Assembly (NCBI RefSeq): GCF_963921235.1
Contig: NC_086097.1
Coordinates: 138,634,001 to 138,698,000 of the forward strand
Length of the DNA: 64,000 bases
Direction: 5' to 3'
Source of the DNA: Mobula hypostoma
Taxonomy: Eukaryota
How positions within the stretch are numbered: the first letter of the stretch is position 1; each line of letters opens with the position of its first letter. The translations under genes were made by a program, and so were the position numbers. Positions 24,697-37,327 of the stretch are shown here, in pieces. The notes beneath the pieces are model-generated. The model saw only the letters and a program-made list of their open reading frames with translations. It was not told where the DNA came from and searched no databases.

Positions 24697-24990
24697 GGCA
24701 CCATGGTAGCGCAGAGGTTAGCACGTCCCTATTACAGCTCAGAGTTCAGAATTCAATTCCAGCGCAGTCAGTAACAAATTTATACATTCTCCCCATGACT
24801 CAGTGGATTTTCCATGGGTGTTCTGCTTTCCTCCCACAATTCAAAGACATCCCAGTTGGTAGGTTAATTGGTCATTGTGAATTGCCTTGTGATTAGGCTA
24901 GTGTTATAATAGATGGGTTGCTGGGCGGTGCAGCTCATTGAGCTGGAAGGGCCTATTCCACACTGTATCTCTAAATAAATAGATAAAATA
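24697..24990 (+). mobile_element. tRNA-derived V-domain SINE
   Basis: tRNA-like head (tggtagcgcagaggttagc...ttcaattcc), core gggtgttctgctttcctcccacaattcaaagac, CR1-like tail with (TAAA)n. Confidence 0.8.
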
Positions 24991-26279
24991 GATATTAAGT
25001 GCAAACTAATAGAATTCAAATTGAGCTAATAACAAAGAATGAGAATAAAATGTATAGGGACATTGAATTATTAGTGACCATAGTATGATGATGTAGTGTT
25101 TTGAAATGACAAGAATAATGTAAATACGCCAAGCTAACAGATTGGAGAAAAGCTGCTTTTCAGAAGCTGAGAATAGAACTTGTGCAGATAAAGTAAACAG
25201 CAAAGATGATGTAGGATAATGGGAATCAGTTGCAGTTGTGTTCACCGCAGGGAGGAAGACAATGCTGATAGATTTTGATAAGAGAGGTTGGAAGGGGCAT
25301 GAATGGAATGTCGCATGGACTGTTTGGGCTCAGTCATCATATTTGGTGCTGGATATATTATGTACACAGTTTCCCAGGTTAGTGACTGGTGTTGTAATGA
25401 ACAGATGATTTTGACTGATGTTAAAGCTGACTTTTTCCTAGAGCCTGATTAAGCTGGAGCAGGTTAACATTTCAGAGCTGAATACCTCTTGCATATCTTA
25501 TGCAAATTTAAAATCTTTTGTAAGTTGAATATTCATATTCAGCTAACCGTATCCAGTGGTTGATATGCTGACAGCTTTTTGTAATGAGAGTCTCTACAGT
25601 GTCTGCTTTTGCTAAACCTCAACTCACTAGAAAATTCAAGAGGGCCAAAGCCTCAACAAACAAATATTGTCAGGCACTTTTCTTGTGAACTAATAAATAG
25701 GAAATCTGCGACAGCTGGTTTTGCCTGCTTTAGGTTTTGATGAAGTAGTTGTCTTGTGTTAACACTGGTAGTACGATTTCTCAGAGTTGCCCTCTGGCTG
25801 AGCTGTTATTCCAATTGTAATTCATTGTATGTACTTCTGCCAATTGAAGAATGAGTTCAACATTTTAACCCTAGAAGGTTTTTAGTTCAGAAATGCCACC
25901 ACTTATACTTGACAAGCTTTTTCTAAGTGCTGCAGCTCTGATGTTGAGTGAAGCTCAATAACCTTTCTGCATTAAAGCTGGTATAATTCAGGGTTGATGA
26001 TAATATGACTCATGGGCTCATATTAGGTATTGAAAGGATACAGCTGTCTGTATTGTTGTGTGGAAGACCATGATTCGTGGCATTGACCATCTCCATCTTC
26101 AACAATCTCTGCTTTAAATGGAGAAAATATCAAATGTGTTGGTAACCTGAGAATTTCCCATTCTTTCTTAATTATTTACATTGCTTGATAAACTTTGATC
26201 TATTTTAGTCCACTGACTCCAAGTTACAGATGTGTGCAATTCTTTCCAGTGGTTGAGGTAACTATTTCTTTGTTTGTAG

Positions 26280-26414
26280 GGACATGTCGTCATGGGAAAC
26301 AATGCTGTTTCACCATACCAACAGGTTATTGAGAAAACAAAAAGCCTCTCTTTTCGGAGTCAGATGCTGGCTATGAACATTGAGAAAAAGATGAATCAAA
26401 ACAACAGGACTGAG
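26280..26414 (+). CDS. EIF3E: EIF3E penultimate coding exon
   Basis: Translates [45 protein letters not shown]. Acceptor ttgtttgtag (AG 26278-26279), donor GAG|gtgagc at 26415. 135 nt, phase 0, in frame with the previous exon. Not in the ORF track. Confidence 0.97.
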
Positions 26415-26789
26415 GTGAGCAATGTGAACTGCTGTGGTCTTACAGAATCTAAGAGCTAGAGTGTTCAGGGCCATGCAGTGTTAGACTAGGTTTGTTTAAT
26501 TATTCATTATTAAACCTAATCTTTAAGCCAGTTCTTTAATATTAATTTAGTATTTTAAATTGATATAATATAGTTATCATTAGTTCTACAGCACAAAACA
26601 AAAGTTTTAAATGGCAAATGATGTGTAATTAAGTGACCCATAGTCACTACAACTTCAGATTGAATTGAATCGCTTTGAAATTAAAGCAAAGGTAATAAAG
26701 AAGAAATTGCAACAACATAAATTTTGCATTTATAAATGGCACTGAATGAAATATATTTTAGCAAAGCCTTGTACAACAAGGTTCTTCAT

Positions 26790-27075
26790 CCCGTTGAGCT
26801 ATACTGATCATCATGCAGCTACTTAAGCTAAACTTATGGCAATCTCATTTTATTCTTCCCACATTCATATTATTACCCCCTATTACTGCTACTCACCTAC
26901 GCAATGGAGCAATTTGTAGTGTCCTTGTTTGGGATCTGGGAGGAATCTGGAGCACCTGGAATCATGGGAAGAACATGTAAACTCCATGCAGACCGCACCA
27001 GAGGTCAGGATTGAACCTGAATCATTGGAGCTGCAAGGCAGCAACTCTACTAGTTGCTCCATGTAGCTGCCCTTA
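26790..27075 (-). mobile_element. tRNA-derived V-domain SINE fragment
   Basis: gggaggaatctggagcacctgg...gaacatgtaaactccatgcagac...ggattgaacctg is the minus-strand SINE core and head. Confidence 0.7.
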
Positions 27076-29364
27076 TTAAAAACAGACTTGTCATCGAAAA
27101 GCTGCCAATACAGCTGAAAGCTTGTAACTTCATCCCATTTTAAAAAGTCCCTAGTTAAATCAACACGAGATCCGCACAGTTTCATCGCAGGATCCATTAT
27201 GAGAGCCAAATAAAATGGGGATGAAAAAGGTATATTTTTCTAGCTAACAAGTGCAAGTAATGACCTAATCTTCCCTCACTACCCCACAAGTTTTCAAGAA
27301 ATTTCTTTCCAGTGAGTATTGTCTCCTTTCCACCGGTTTGCATTTCCATTTGGTATTTCATGCGCAGCTTTTATATAGTTTGCTCAGAAAATACTGTAAA
27401 AGGAAACAATTTTAATGCAACATATTTTATCTTAAACTGAATCTTAGGCATTCATCATAATGTTCCCTTCTCCATAATCAACTTGGCAAAAATGCAAAGT
27501 CTTATAGGGTCTGTGTATGCTGTACTGTCAAAAACTTTCACATTGATTTGTGTAAAATATATTGGTGTCTATTTTTTTTTACCCATATTTGAATAACACA
27601 TCGAACTGGGAACCAGTCATTTCTCCTTTGCCCCCATCCAGAAAAATTACCTTGTTTCCCATGTTTATTTGGCTTTGCAAAGAAGCTGTGTAAATTTCTT
27701 GCACTGATTTATCTAGGGATTTTTCAGATGGGTTGAAATCAGTACATCCTTCAGCCATGTTGACAGATATTCCATGATATATCTGTTTTTAATAACCAAT
27801 AACAAAACTGAGCTTCATGATTACGTAAGGTTAAATTTAGTGTGATTGTTTATAAAACGCAAAATTAAAATAAGTGACTATAGAAAAAAACATCTGTAGG
27901 CTGCTTTGGGGAATTAGTGAAAACGTCTTGTGTAGTTTGAATGGTAAGTGTTAAAAGGGAATTTTGGAAACAAGTACTGTGTTGTGTACATTTGTTCTAC
28001 GTGGTATTAATAAAAACATTAATATCTCTGATCTGTCCACCACCAGAGCTGAATCCACATGCAACTTTGTTTAGCTATTCTGGTGGGTGGTGGCAAGGTT
28101 ACATGCCATGAAGATAGGGGATTGGTCATGAGTGATTAAACACTGGTATCAGACTGCTGTTTTCTTTTTCATTGTTCTTGATCCTGACTGAAATATGTAG
28201 TTGGGATGGGGGGACTTGGGGGGGGGGGGTTGGGTTAAGAGGAGGAAGCATGTGAACAAGCTGTGCAGTCAACAAAACAACCTCCAGCTGTGCCGAGGAT
28301 TACTCTATGCCACGTATTTTCGCAGTACAGCCAAAGTGGGCATGCTCAGTTCATTGTCCAAGCAGCTTGCGCTGCAGCCATCCTCCTTTCTTCATCTCCA
28401 CCAGCCAATGAAAGGCTGTGATCTGAAAGAAGGAAATATTTGTAGGATACTAAATCTGTTATTGAATCTGTAGGACTTCTGCCAGTTCTTCTGAATTTTT
28501 TCCTTGGTCAGTGCATCATGCTTGCAGTTTATTTTTTCAAATTTGAGAAAATTTCTGTTGTTTGCACAACCATCTACACTAGCAATCATGTAGATAATAT
28601 TTTGTGCCTTATTTATTGAGAAGAGTTAACATTTTTGGCAGTGCTTTGCTGTTTTAAACTGGAGATTATTTTGAATCCTGTGTTTGCAAACTGTCAGGTA
28701 AGTACTAGCTCAAGTCCAGAGAGGTTTTTTCCTGAACTAATATTCCATGTTCAATATGTGTCAAAGAAAAGAACAGGATGTCTTTATTTTATTTCCCTGG
28801 TATAATGAAGGGATTTTGTGAGCTGCTTCTCTGGGAGTTAGCTAAATTAATACTGAATACCTTTAAGTTCTAAAAGAGCACACAGCTCCATTTTTCCAAT
28901 AATCCTTTAGATTAGCTAGGTCTATGACTGGTGGGAAATAATTGATTTTAACAACTTTGCTAGATTAAGGTAACAAATATCCTTTTGCTTTTATGTCATT
29001 TGTGGAGAATAATTAGTTTTGTTCAACTTCTAAGCTGAACAAAAATGGCTAAGGAGTTTTTAGTAAAGGAAGTGACTAGCACCAAACAAGTTCAGGCAAC
29101 TTCAGAATTTTAATTTTAGAACTTTTTAATTAAAGAAAGAGGGGGAAAATCCCAGTGATCCTTGTATTGGAACTCCGTCTCTCCTTTAAAGATCAAGCAG
29201 AAAAGCACTGCCAAACCTCTGTAGCTGCCAGAGTAGAGTGGGTTTTTTTGTTTTAACATGCATTTCATGTTTCACTTTGTGCTTCTTAATGTATATAAAG
29301 AACCTCATGACCCCTCCGAAGTACAAGTCATTCTCCCGGTTACCCTGACCAATACTTAAGACAA

Positions 29365-32300
29365 TAAGACACAGGAACAGAATTAGGCCAATCAGCCCAT
29401 TGAGTCTGCTCCTCCATTCCATCATGGCTGAATCCGGATCTCACTCAACCCATATACCTGCATCCTCACCATATCCCTTGATGCCCTGACCAATCAGGAA
29501 ACTGTCAACTTCCGTCTTAAATATACCCACGGACTTAGCCTCCACCGCAGTCTGTAGCAAAACATTCCATAGATTCACCACTCTCTGGCTAAAAATATTC
29601 CTCTGTAGCTCTGTACTAAAAGGTCACTCCTCAATTTTGAGGCTGTGCCCTGTAGTTCAGGTAGTTCAGGCTACCCCCACCATAGGAAACATCCTCTTCA
29701 CACCCACCCTATCTAGTTCTTTCAACACTCGGTAGGTTTCAATAAGATTCCTCCCACCCCCCGGCATTTTTCTAAATTCCAGTGAGTACAGGCCCAAAGC
29801 TGCCAAACACTCCTCATATGTTAACCCTTTCATTCCCAGAATCATCCTCATGAACCTCCTCTGGACTCTCTCCAATGACAACACGTCCTTTCTGAGATAT
29901 GAGGCCCAAAACTGTTCACAGTACTCCCAAGTGTGGCCTGACTAGTGTCTTATAAAGCTTCAGTATTATCTCCTTGCTTTTATATTCTATTCTCCTTGAA
30001 ATGAATCCCAACATTGCATTTGCTTTCTTTACCACAGACTCAACCTGTAAATTAATCTTCTGGAAGTCTTGCACAAGAACTGCTAAGTCCCTCTGCACCT
30101 CTGATGTTTGAACCTTCTCCCATTTAAATAATAGTCTACACTATTCTTCCTTTTACCAAAATGCATTATCATACATTTCCCACACTGTTTTCCATCTTTT
30201 TTTGCCCATTCTTCCAATTTCTAAGTCCTGCTGCAATCGCATTGATTCCTCAGCACTACCTACCCCTCCACCTGTCTTCGTATCATCCACAAACTTTGCT
30301 ATCAATTCCATTATCCAAATCATTGACAAACAATATTAAAAGAAGTGGTCCCAATACTGACCCCTGAGGAACATCACTAGTCACTGGCAGCCAACCAGAA
30401 AAGGCCCCCTTTACTCCCACTCACTGCTTCCTGCCTGTCAGCCATTCCGCTGTCCATGCCAGTATTTTTCCTGTAGTGCCATAGGATTTTATCTCGTTAA
30501 GCAGCCTCATGTGTGGCCCCTCATCAAGTGCCTTCTGAAAATCCAAGTAAATGACATCCACTGCCTCTCCTTTATCCACCCTGCTTGTTACTTCCTCGAA
30601 GAACTCTTAACAGATTTGTCAGGCAAGATTTCCCTTTGCAGAAACCCTGTGACTTTGACTTATTTTATCATTAATCTCCAAGTACCCGAAACCTCATCTT
30701 TAATAATAGACTCCAACATTTTCCCAACCACTGAGGTTAAGCTAACTGGCCTATAATTTCCTTTTTTTTTTTTGCCTTCCTCCCTTTTTAAAGAGTGGAT
30801 TGACATTTCCAATCTTCCTGTTCTTTGGGACCATGCCAGAATAAAGTGATTCTTGAAAGATCATGGTCAATTCATCTGTTTTCTCTTTAGCAACCTCTCT
30901 CAGGATTCTGGGATGTAGTCCATCTGGTCCAGATGACTTATCCACCTTAAGACCTTTCAGTTTGCTTGCACTTTTTCCTTTGTAATAGCAATGGCATTCA
31001 CTTCTGCTCCCTGACACTCATGGACCTCTGGCACACTTTTAGTGTCTTCCACAGTGAAGACTGATGCAAAGTACACATTAAGTTCATCTGCCATTTCTTT
31101 GTCCCCCATTACTACCTCACCAGCATAATGTTCCAGTGGTCCAATATTAACTATCACCTCCCTTTTCATATAAGTGAAAAAACTTTTTGGTATCATGCTT
31201 TATATTATTGGCTAGTTTGCCCTTATATTTAATCTTTTCCCTTCTTAGATCTTTTTTAGTTGCCTATTGTTGGATTTTAAAAGGTTCCCAAACATCCAAC
31301 TTCCTACTCAGTTTTGCTACTTTATTTGCCCTTTCCTTGACTTTTATGCAATCCTTGACTTCCCTTGTCAGCCACAGTTGTGTACCCTGCCATTTGAGAA
31401 CTTCTTCGTCTATGGAACATACCTATCCTTCACCTTGTGAACCATTCCCAGAAACATCAGCCGTCTCTATTCTGCTGTCATCCTCCTCCATTCCACCCGG
31501 GCAAGTTGCTCTCTCATGCTTCTGTAATTCCCTTTATTCCATTAAAATACTGATACATGTGACTTGTGCTTCTCCCTCTCAAATTGACAGCCAGTTGGTG
31601 TGGGATAAACACTTTCCACTATTTCAAACAGGGCCGGACAAAGGCTTGGAGCTCTGCGGAAAGTAGCATCCAAACTAGACAAAAAGGGCAGAGCCACGGT
31701 TTACAAAGCCCAGGTACAAAGTATCGTGGATGAATGCCTCACAGAGTGTCCTCAGCCAGCTTGATTCTATTCAAAGAAAGGCCCTCAGGATTATAGGTGT
31801 AGATGAAGCCTCAGCTCGTGAAAAGCTAGCCATCAGTAGCTTCCACCACAGATGACAGGTTGCTGCAGCTACTGTGCTATACAAAATGCAGACCTTCGCA
31901 CCATGCTGCCTTCACCTTCTGAGAGACGGCGCACCACACGATCAAGTTTATCTATGCCTGCTCATGCTGTTTCTATGCTTGATGTGAGAACCTACACACT
32001 GGATAGAAGATTCCTTCACTGTGCTATCCGAATTTGGAACAGCCTTCCAGATGCTATGGTTGGAAACATCTGCAACGATGGGGTCCAAGCCTTCAAGAGT
32101 CGAGTGCACAAACACCTATCATCTCTGGGAGGGAAGTCACATGCTTCTTCATAAGCTATCATGAAGGGGACCAGGATGGCAGTGCTTGGTTGTTGGTAGG
32201 TAGGGTTAATACCTGACTTTCAAGGGCACTTGTGAGTTATGTTCCGGCTGGACTTAGTCCTTAAACTGCTGGAGAACAGTGCAGAAAGAACAGGTGCTGA

Positions 32301-34020
32301 TTTCTCCCGGTAGGGATTAGTTTTTAGTTCCAAGTGCTCCTGCCACGTTTTGTCATCCTGCAACCTTAACCTTCAATCTCTTTGTATATGTGTATAAATG
32401 TCTCTCTCCAGCAGACTTCATCATGATTCCAGTATTTCTACTATCTTTTAATGTTTCTTAATTGTACATATGATTTTTTAATGTTCTATTGCTGAGCAGC
32501 AGTGAACCATCTGATTAGTTTATCAGAGTTTTCTTTGGGAGCTAGTTGACTTGGTCAGCATTTCTGATCTGGCTATTGTTCATGATTGCACTTAATTTAA
32601 AAAAAATTGCACTATGAATTCAATCATATTATAATCACTGTCTCCTAAGGGTTCCTTTACAGTAAGCTCCATAATAAGATCTGGGTTGTTACATGACACC
32701 CAGACTAAGATAGCCTTTCCCCAAGTGGGCTCAAGCACAAGCTGCTCTAAAAAGCCATCTCGTAGGCATTCAACAAATTCCCTCTGTTGCCATCTGACAC
32801 CAACCCTATTTTCCCAATCCCCTTGCCTGTTGAAGTCCCCCATTACAATTGTGACATTACCCTTATTACATGCCTTTTCCAGCTTCCTTTGCAATCTTAT
32901 CCCCACATCTTGGCTACTGTTTGGAGGCCTATATGTGATTCGCAAAATGTTTTATTTAACTCTTGCTTTTTCTTAACTCCACCCACAAAGATTCAACATT
33001 TTCTGACCCCATGTCTCCTCTTTCTAAAGCTGTAATTCCATCTCTTACCAACAGAACCACACCACTGCCTATGCCTTCCTTGCCTGTCCTTCTGATACAA
33101 AGCATATCCTTTGATGTTAAGCTTCCAACTATGGCTTTCTTTTTGCCACGACTCAGTCATACTGACCAGTCTCTAATTGCGCCTTAAGTTCGCCCACCTT
33201 ATTCCGAATGCTACATGCGTTTAAGTACAGCACCCTCAGTCCTGCATTCTTCGCTCTTCTGAATTTTGCCTCTTTGCTACAATTTAACTTTTTGCTCTGT
33301 CTGTATTTGTACCCTATCATTGGCTTGTTGTTCCATATATTCATGTTACATTCATCATCTATTTGTAAACCTGCTGGTTCATCCTCAGCTCTATCATACT
33401 GGTTCCCATTCCCCTTCCATATTTGTTTAAACCACTCCCAACAGCTGTAGTAAACCTGCCACAAGAATATTGGCCCCACTCAAATTCAAGTGCAACCCAT
33501 CTCTTTTGTAGAGGTCCCAATGATCCAGAAATCTGAATCCCTGACCCGGCTCCAATTCTTCAGCCACACATTTATCTGCCACCTCATTCTAATCGTATCC
33601 TCACTGTCACGTGGCACATGCAGCAATTCGGAGATTACTACCCTTGAGGTCCTATTTCTCAGCTTTCTTCCTAACCCCCTGCAATCTGTTTTCTGGACCT
33701 CCTCCCTTTTGCGACCGATGTCCTCGGTACCAATATGTATCACGACCTCTGGCTGTCCACCCTCTCTTTTCAGGATATTGTGGACGCATTCAGAAACACC
33801 ACGCCCTGGCACCTGGGAGGCAAACTACCATCCACATTTCTTTTTCGCGTCCACAGAATCATCTGTCTATCCCCCTAACTATGGAGTCCCCTGTTACTGC
33901 TGCCATCCTCTTCAGTTCCCTACCCTTCTGAGCCACAGGGGTAGGCTCAGTGCTAGAGACACTGCCCTGTTACATCCCCCAGGTAGGTCGTTTCCCCCCC
34001 TCCCCAACTGTACTCAAAAT
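29365..34020 (-). mobile_element. Long, frameshifted CR1 LINE (ORF1 esterase, APE, RT)
   Basis: Minus fragments GQPEVVIHIGTEDIGRK, LRVLYLNACSIRNK, YRPPNSS...MGDFN, KSSGPDGLHPRILREVA, QRDLAVLV, LERVQRR. 3' tail near 29365. Confidence 0.93.
31587..32605 (+). mobile_element. 3' fragment of a different CR1/L2-group LINE nested in the CR1
   Basis: Encodes AGQRLGALRKVASKLDKKGRATVYKAQVQSIV and RFLHCAIRIWNSLPD...FKSRVHKHL*. About 450-nt 3' UTR and short A tail. aaattg repeated at both junctions. Confidence 0.75.
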
Positions 34021-34309
34021 ACTTTACCTTGCCTTCACTAATGTTAAATGATCTCTAATTTTCACATGCTGTTTTTGGGAGCTTGCTATGCAGAGGATTC
34101 TTTCCCTGTTTCCTACTTTTCATTTATGCTTTTCAGAATATTTCCTAGTGGTCAAATGCTTTCAGTTATCATAAATAGGGAAGTGTTGTAGAAGTGCCAG
34201 TTCTTTATCCTTCCTTGCAGATCTATAGTCCATGTATCTACTGGATTTTTGTTGACTTGCTATCAATTTGTATTTAAAGCTGCCTAAATGTTGACAGACA
34301 CAAGAAAGA

Positions 34310-34475
34310 CACCTACCAGATTTTGTTCCTCCACTCTACCCCCCATCCCAATCTTTTATACTGGCCTGCTTCTTTCCAGTCACAATGAAGGGTCTTGATT
34401 TGAAATCTCAACTATCCATTTCCATCCGTAGATGCTGCCTGACTGAGTTCCTGCAGCACTTTGCGTGTTGCTCCT
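34310..34475 (+). mobile_element. Penelope-derived tail fragment
   Basis: ccagtcacaatgaagggtcttgatttgaaatc...gatgctgcctgactgagttcctgcagcac. Confidence 0.6.
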
Positions 34476-34849
34476 GAATATTTGACACTGTCTGTGATGA
34501 CATGACTGCAGTGCTCCTGCAGTTGGCTGAGCCATTCTCATTATTTTTGTGGGAATACCAAGACCTTTCTACATGTTGGAAATTCTGCTGAATGGTGCAG
34601 GTGATTTTGGTTTAACAGATCAAGCTTCTGATATGTGAGGTATTACTGTCATTCATTTGGGGAGTGACAAGTCAGTATACAGAATAACATTGACTCAAGT
34701 GTATTGGAGCAGATAAGGCACTTTGAGTTTAAATTATTGTTAATGTGAAGGTAGATCCATAAGAATTTCTTCACAACTAACTTGGTGCTTAGAACTAAGT
34801 TGGCAAATTTTTGGAAAGACTTGTGGAATATCTAAAAATTTAAATAAAA

Positions 34850-35140
34850 GAAGATGAGGTTCATTTGTCATATGTACATCAAAACACAGTGAAATGTGTT
34901 GTTTGTATAAAATCAAATCAGCGAGGATTGTGCTGGACAGTCTGCAAATGTCGCTATGTTTCCTGTGCCAAGGTAACATGCCCACAATTTACTAACCCTA
35001 ACCTGTACATCTTGGGAATGTGGGTGGAAACCAGAGAACCAGAGAAATCCACGTGCTCAAGGGGAGACTCCTTACGTACGGTGGCGGAAATTGAACTCTG
35101 ATCTTAGAGATGACACTGTGATATCATTATGCTAACTGCT
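34850..35140 (-). mobile_element. SINE / LINE-tail fragment
   Basis: cttgggaatgtgggtggaaaccagagaaccagagaaatccacg V-SINE core on the minus strand, next to a ttgtcatatgtacatc LINE-like tail. Confidence 0.6.
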
Positions 35141-35454
35141 ACATAAAGTATCTGAAATTCTCAATACTTATTTCAATGAGTCTCCTTTTTGATTGATTTC
35201 TGTCCATGTTGGAGATGGATAATAATATAATTTTTGTTTTATCCCTTATTTTTAAGTGTTTGTACACAGCATTTATGTTACGCCAACTATCCCTTGTAGC
35301 ATTTCAGCTGGGCATCTGTGTTTTCATTGGCGTAACTGGGTACTTTGTCAGTGGAGCTTCAGGGTCCATGCTATATGATGTGGAGATAATGTATCAGTGA
35401 CTTTTTTTTTCATTTTTAAGGAGATTAGAATCAAGTTTAATATCACTGACGTAA

Positions 35455-36420
35455 CAGTACTGTGCAAAAGTCTCAGGCACCCTAGATTTTGTATATAAAT
35501 TTTGTTTTAGATGTTTATATTATTATTTCACCCTATCACAAACGAGAAAAATCTGCAGATGTTGGAAATCTGAGCAATACACACAAAATGCTGGAGGAAC
35601 TCAACAGGAAAGGCAGCATCTAAGAAAAGATTTTAATCCTATCCACCTTCCCTGTTTTTATAATGCTTCTAATTCCCAAATTTTCCTGGATAGTTTTTCT
35701 CCAGCTCTTCTATCGATAAACTGTCTTCTACATTAGTGTGTCAGAAAAAAGAAAGGATTTTAGATCTCAACTTTTTTTTTCCAAAAGATTAAACGTTGGA
35801 GATTTTTTTGTATTTCATTAAAGAAAGTAACATATTAAGTAATAGACCACTTTTCAAATGAAAACTTGATTACTTTGTAGGTATGTAGCCCTGTGCAGGA
35901 TTAAACAATATAACAAACAGGTGCTGATCATTGACAATGAGTTGAATGAACTAAACTCAAAAATTCTTATACCATGGCAAGAGTGAGCATAGCAAAAAGA
36001 CACAAGGTGGTCATTCTGCATCAGCAAGCTCTCCCAAACATAAATTTTGTGGCAGACAGTTTCAAGAGGTGCCTTCCAAGCTCTTCCAATGATGCACAAA
36101 CTGACAGCCCTTCTGAATCCAAAGAAGTTTGGCACTGCTATCAACTCTGAATTCACAGAAACCACGGGAGCCCAAGAACACCCTTCTATAATGCAGAGAG
36201 GTCTTGTCAAAAATGGTCTTAATGGAAAAGTTGATGCGAGAACCATTCCTTCAGAGTGGAAACAAAATCAGGATACTCACCTATGCACAAAAACACAAGA
36301 CTGGTTTGCTGAACAATGGCAGCAAGTGCTCTGAACTGATGAGTCAAAATTTGAAAATTTTGGCTCAAGCAGGAAACAGTTTATCGATAGAAGAGCTGGA
36401 GAAAAACTATCCAGGAAAAT
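35455..36420 (+). mobile_element. Truncated Tc1-like transposon (left end and N-terminal transposase)
   Basis: Starts cagtactgtgcaaaagtctcaggcacc. Remnants EHPSIMQRGLVKNGLNGK and QWQQVL*TDESKFE. Confidence 0.82.
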
Positions 36421-36570
36421 TTGGGAATTAGAAGCATTATAAAAACAGGAAAGGTGGATAGGGTTAAAATCTTTTCTTAGATGCTGCCTTTCCTGTTGAG
36501 TTCCTCCAGCATTTTGTGCGTATTGCTCAGATTTCCAACGTCTGCAGATTTTTCTCTTGTTTGTGATAGG
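35532..36570. repeat. Long inverted repeat, arms 35532-35724 and 36376-36570
   Basis: Manual alignment of the 193 and 195 bp arms gives 4 substitutions and one 2-nt indel. Confidence 0.95.
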
Positions 36571-37049
36571 ATTAAAATCAGCCATGATTGCAGTGAAGGA
36601 TAGAATGAGAGACTGAGTGGCCTCCTGTTTTCTTGGTGAAGCAGTTATGGTTTCCTGATGTGGTTGGTACATATTTATCATGCCCAGCCTTCCCTCTAAG
36701 GCAGTCTTTGGTTCTTTTTGTAAAATTGGTATTTGTTGCCATTTTAGGAGAGGAACATTATGTCATGCACTCAATTGTTATTGAAATGGTGTGTCGCACT
36801 TCAGGCACTTAATTGTTTAGGGATATTTGCTGTTTGGACTATTAATGGTATTTTCAGCCAAAGAGTGTAATAAATGTTCAGTTTAAATCAATACAGATTT
36901 CCTTATTTAACAAATGTGAACTAGTAATGTTATAATCTGGTCTGATTAACTGAATGCATTTAGAGTTTAAGATGCCAAGGTGTAACATGTGTGAAGTAAA
37001 CCTCCTTTTGTTTTGTCTTAATGGATATGTTCTTGTTCTTGTTTTGCAG

Positions 37050-37088
37050 GCTCCCAACTGGACTACTACAGACTCTGGCTTTTACTGA
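37050..37088 (+). CDS. EIF3E: EIF3E terminal coding exon with stop codon
   Basis: Acceptor ttgttttgcag (AG 37048-37049), then APNWTTTDSGFY-TGA, matching the vertebrate EIF3E C-terminus (APNWATQDSGFY type). Confidence 0.96.
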   Translation, partial: APNWTTTDSGFY

Positions 37089-37089
37089 A

Positions 37090-37260
37090 AATAAATGCCG
37101 AATAATATACAAATTGAAGATCAGACCGGTCCTGGTTTACCAGACCAAATGAAGCTCATCTTTGCAATAATCCATTTTTAAAACCTTTGTCACATTTCGA
37201 AATTTGTGTTTATGGGTCAAATAAAACGTGATTTTTAAATATTGTGACTTTTTGTGTGAA
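37090..37260 (+). terminator. EIF3E: EIF3E 3' UTR with polyadenylation signals
   Basis: AATAAA at 37090-37095 and 37220-37225. The distal signal is followed by a GT/T-rich element (tgtgactttttgtgtg). Confidence 0.75.
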
Positions 37261-37327
37261 ATTTATTTGTGGCTGTTAGTAGTAATATATTAATACATCA
37301 GGAAATTGCTTTGATTTTATTCTGAAT

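Noticed and set aside
24697..24770. tRNA gene
   Set aside because: Degenerate tRNA-like SINE head running into a V-domain body, with no cloverleaf.
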